DNA of 34,765 nucleotides from assembly GCA_017452335.1 (NCBI GenBank), contig JAFTMP010000026.1, positions 1-34,765 of the forward strand, written 5' to 3'. Within the stretch, counting starts at the first letter, position 1, and every line of letters begins with the position of its first letter. The notes beneath the pieces are model-generated. The model did not search any database, was not told the DNA's origin, and saw only the letters and a program-made list of their open reading frames with translations. Both the position numbers and the translations under genes were made by a program. This DNA is from Clostridia bacterium (GTDB lineage Bacteria > Bacillota > Clostridia > Oscillospirales > CAG-272). Shown here one piece after another: positions 32,734 to 34,765 of the stretch.

Positions 32734-33234
32734 TTATAAAGAGGCGTGCTTCTTTAAAATTTCGGGAACTTCCTTTGCGGTCAGTCTTCCGTAAACCTCG
32801 CCGTTGATGGTCAGTACGGGTGCCAGACCGCAGGCGCCGATGCATCGTGTTGCCTCCAGAGAATACACACCGTCAGAAGAGGTGGAGCCGGCAGGAACGC
32901 CCAGTACCTCGGTGATCTTATCAAGGATTTCGCCGCTGCCCTTTACGTAGCAAGCGGTACCAAGACATACTGCAATAGCGATATTGCCCTTGGGGTTGAG
33001 CGCAAACTGAGAATAGAAGGTGGTTACGCCATAAACCTCTTCCATGGAAATATCCATGTTCAGTGCGATGATCTTCTGCACTTCGATGGGCAGATATCCG
33101 TAGATCTCCTGCGCATGCTGCAGAACAGGCATCAGTGCGCCTTCCACACCCTTGTATTCCGCGATCACCTCAAGAAGCTTTGCTTCCTGCTCGGGCGTGC
33201 CCTTGAAGGCCACGGTTGTCATATTCTTTTTCAT
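32734..33234 (-). CDS. hydC: NuoE-like 2Fe-2S subunit of bifurcating hydrogenase
   Basis: 166 aa. LMPVLQHAQEIYGYLP...VCLGTACYVKG...CIGACGLAPV. First gene of the operon, with SD ggagg. Confidence 0.88.
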   Translation of the reverse strand: MKKNMTTVAFKGTPEQEAKLLEVIAEYKGVEGALMPVLQHAQEIYGYLPIEVQKIIALNMDISMEEVYGVTTFYSQFALNPKGNIAIAVCLGTACYVKGSGEILDKITEVLGVPAGSTSSDGVYSLEATRCIGACGLAPVLTINGEVYGRLTAKEVPEILKKHASL

Positions 33235-33324
33235 GTAAATAATATTCCTCCGTTTTTATATTTTACGCGGCACATTTACCGCTATTCGGTCGGATTTTTC
33301 GAAAGATAAACCTTTCCATCGTCT

Positions 33325-33341
33325 ATTATACCACTTTTTTT
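33325..33341 (-). promoter_or_regulatory. Candidate extended -10 promoter of the hydrogenase operon
   Basis: The minus strand reads aaaaaaagTGgTATAATag, about 90 nt upstream of the nuoE-like ATG. The -35 (ctggaa) is weak. Confidence 0.45.
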
Positions 33342-33414
33342 GCCCGATTTCCAGCGTTTTTTGTATAAAAATATTACCAAAACAGTTTTTTGACGCAATG
33401 CACAAATGAGGACA

Positions 33415-33445
33415 CTATTTTTTGTGCAAAATGCACAAAAAATAG
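33415..33445. promoter_or_regulatory. Perfect 14-bp inverted repeat (candidate operator) in the divergent hyd/mrp control region
   Basis: ctattttttgtgca-aaa-tgcacaaaaaatag. A third TGCACAAA half-site lies at 33399-33406. Confidence 0.45.
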
Positions 33446-33458
33446 TTGGAAAGTGCTC

Positions 33459-33487
33459 TTGAAAAAAAGAGAAAAAAGTGGTATACT
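33459..33487 (+). promoter_or_regulatory. Candidate SigA promoter of mrp/apbC
   Basis: TTGAAA (33459-33464), a 17-nt spacer ending in TGg, then TATACT (33482-33487). About 55 nt upstream of ATG 33541. Confidence 0.55.
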
Positions 33488-33540
33488 ATATGGTAATGAT
33501 TGAAATAAAACGTGTGAAAGACACACGGGAAGGAGATAGT

Positions 33541-34377
33541 ATGGCAGAGAATAACGGATGTACTCATGATTGCTCCAGTTGCGGTGCGGATTGCGCTTCC
33601 AGAAAGCCTGAAAGCCTGTTGGTTCCTCAAAATGCAGGCAGTGATATTAAGAAAGTGATCGGTGTGGTATCGGGTAAAGGAGGCGTTGGCAAGTCCTTGG
33701 TGACCTCTATGATGTCTGTGCTCACCCGCAGAAAGGGCTATGAAACGGCAATCTTGGACGCTGACGTGACAGGTCCCTCCATTCCCAAGATCTTTGGATT
33801 GAAGTTTGGAATTGACGGCAACGACGAAGGAATGTTTCCTGCGAAAACCACCACAGGCATCAAAGCCATTTCTGTAAACCTGCTTTTGGAAGACGAGCAG
33901 ACCCCTGTAATTTGGAGAGGTCCTGTGATCGCAGGCACGGTAAACCAGTTCTGGAGCGGCGTGCTGTGGGGAGATGTGGACTATATGTACGTGGATATGC
34001 CTCCCGGAACGGGCGACGTTCCGCTGACGGTCTTCCAAAGCCTGCCGCTTGACGGCATCATCATCGTGACCACTCCCCAGGAGCTGGTATCCATGATCGT
34101 GGCAAAGGCTGTAAAGATGGCAGAGATGATGAACGTACCCGTGCTGGGTATCGTTGAAAACATGAGCTATGTGGAATGTCCCGACTGCGGAAAGCGTATT
34201 CAGGTCTTTGGAGACAGCCATGTGGACGAGGTTGCTGCGCAGTTTGGCTTAAAGGTGCTGGGCAAGATCCCCATGGACCACAAGCTTGCCGCACTTTGTG
34301 ACAAGGGTATTTTGGAGCTGATGGAAAATGACTATTTGAATGATGCTCTGGAAGCTGTTGAAGCTATTGAAAAGTAA
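33541..34377 (+). CDS. Mrp/NBP35/ApbC-family P-loop ATPase (Fe-S cluster carrier)
   Basis: 278 aa from ATG 33541 (SD ggaaggag). N-terminal Cys-rich CTHDCSSCGADC, deviant Walker A SGKGGVGKS, and CPDCG. Confidence 0.88.
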   Translation: MAENNGCTHDCSSCGADCASRKPESLLVPQNAGSDIKKVIGVVSGKGGVGKSLVTSMMSVLTRRKGYETAILDADVTGPSIPKIFGLKFGIDGNDEGMFPAKTTTGIKAISVNLLLEDEQTPVIWRGPVIAGTVNQFWSGVLWGDVDYMYVDMPPGTGDVPLTVFQSLPLDGIIIVTTPQELVSMIVAKAVKMAEMMNVPVLGIVENMSYVECPDCGKRIQVFGDSHVDEVAAQFGLKVLGKIPMDHKLAALCDKGILELMENDYLNDALEAVEAIEK

Positions 34378-34386
34378 AGTAATGAG

Positions 34387-34612
34387 AAGGGGCTGTCGCA
34401 GTTAGATGCAGAAGCCGCGATTTTGCCATCGTCGGCGTACAATGGTACGACAGAGGGCAAAATCATGGCTAAAAAGCTACATATATGGAGAAATCCGCCG
34501 ACGTTTTGTCGACGGATTTCCACTTTATAGGGTAAATTACAATAAAACTATCAGATTTTCACGATGCATTTGATCCGTAGCTTTTGTTCTGCGCTAAGTG
34601 AGACAGCCCCTT
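34387..34612 (+). repeat. 226-nt intergenic element closed by a long imperfect inverted repeat (structured RNA or MITE-like element)
   Basis: aaggggctgtcgcagttag(at)gcagaa at 34387-34413 pairs with ttctgc(g)ctaagtgagacagcccctt at 34587-34612, giving 23 base pairs with 2 mismatches and a small bulge. A T-run follows. The interior holds two further hairpins. Confidence 0.5.
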
Positions 34613-34625
34613 TTTGGTAAGAAAA

Positions 34626-34765
34626 TCAGTTTGCGGGTGCTTCTGCGGGCGCGTCGGTCTCTGCACTCACTTCCTCTTTTGCGGGCAGGAGCGTACAAGA
34701 ACGCAAGGTGTAGAGATAAATAGTCTGTGCAAAGCCCAGGGTTACGAGATTATCAAGAACGACGA
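34626..34765 (-). CDS. 3' end of an unidentified minus-strand gene (partial)
   Basis: The frame is open from the window edge to TGA at 34628-34626: VVLDNLVTLGFAQTIYLYTLRSCTLLPAKEEVSAETDAPAEAPAN. It is too short to classify and is absent from the ORF track only because it is under 60 codons. Confidence 0.3.
   Translation of the reverse strand, partial: VVLDNLVTLGFAQTIYLYTLRSCTLLPAKEEVSAETDAPAEAPAN

Noticed and set aside
33415-33445. Calling the palindrome a canonical Rex or CRP/FNR operator.
   Set aside because: The half-site is GTGCA rather than GTGAA or GTGA. The spacing is TGTG-N7-CACA, one nt shorter than in both families. It is kept only as an unassigned candidate operator.
34465-34530. 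A 21-codon ORF (MAKKLHIWRNPPTFCRRISTL) with an SD-like agaggg, and the opposite-strand 63-aa ORF at 34332-34523.
   Set aside because: The 21-codon ORF is too short and featureless to call, and it runs through a hairpin repeat. The 63-aa ORF starts with GTG inside that hairpin and overlaps the mrp 3' end. Both are mentioned only as part of the structured intergenic element.
1-34765. A search for CRISPR arrays, tRNA or rRNA genes, transposases or integrases, toxin-antitoxin pairs and defence-system-like genes.
   Set aside because: No regularly spaced direct repeats, no cloverleaf-compatible intergenic segments and no recombinase or nuclease-type ORFs were seen. Every ORF over 100 aa that is not an antisense shadow is assigned to metabolism, regulation or transport.

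Overview
This window looks like chromosome from a strictly anaerobic Firmicutes/Clostridia-type organism. It is GC-rich in coding regions, apart from one AT-rich patch at about 11.8-14.1 kb. I found no rRNA, tRNA, CRISPR array, transposase or phage genes.

Layout:
1. The 3' end of fumC (3-479).
2. A tightly coupled 10-gene plus-strand operon (620-10654): hdrB, hdrC, hdrA, mvhD/flxD-like, two AsrA/HydB-like Fe-S proteins, an AsrB/HydG-like NAD(P)H flavoprotein, an SdhB/FrdB-like Fe-S protein, an SdhA/FrdA-like flavoprotein, and an AAE-family (AspT/SucE-type) transporter that carries a frameshift.
3. A flavin-reductase-like gene, a NifX/NifB-family gene whose Cys/His-rich tail sits in another frame, and a PAS-SARP regulator in the AT-rich patch.
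4. A minus-strand acyl-CoA synthetase downstream of a complete ACC/FASII cluster (acpP-fabK-fabD-fabG-fabF-accB-fabZ-accC-accD-accA). No fabH or cluster regulator is present.
5. A DUF218 membrane protein.
6. A 10-gene minus-strand electron-bifurcating-type [FeFe]-hydrogenase operon (nuoE-like hydC ... hydB, hydA) with an embedded signalling module: two DRTGG proteins, two GHKL ATPases, a PHP phosphoesterase and a sensory-type hydrogenase paralogue.
7. A divergent mrp/apbC gene, followed by a 226-nt intergenic element closed by a long inverted repeat.

The most interesting candidate is the Hdr-Flx-Frd operon. Its composition suggests a cytoplasmic, quinone-independent, flavin-based electron-bifurcating fumarate (or related enoate) reductase. 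I do not know of a characterised enzyme with this make-up. All functional calls rest on motif recognition by eye; no database search was run.
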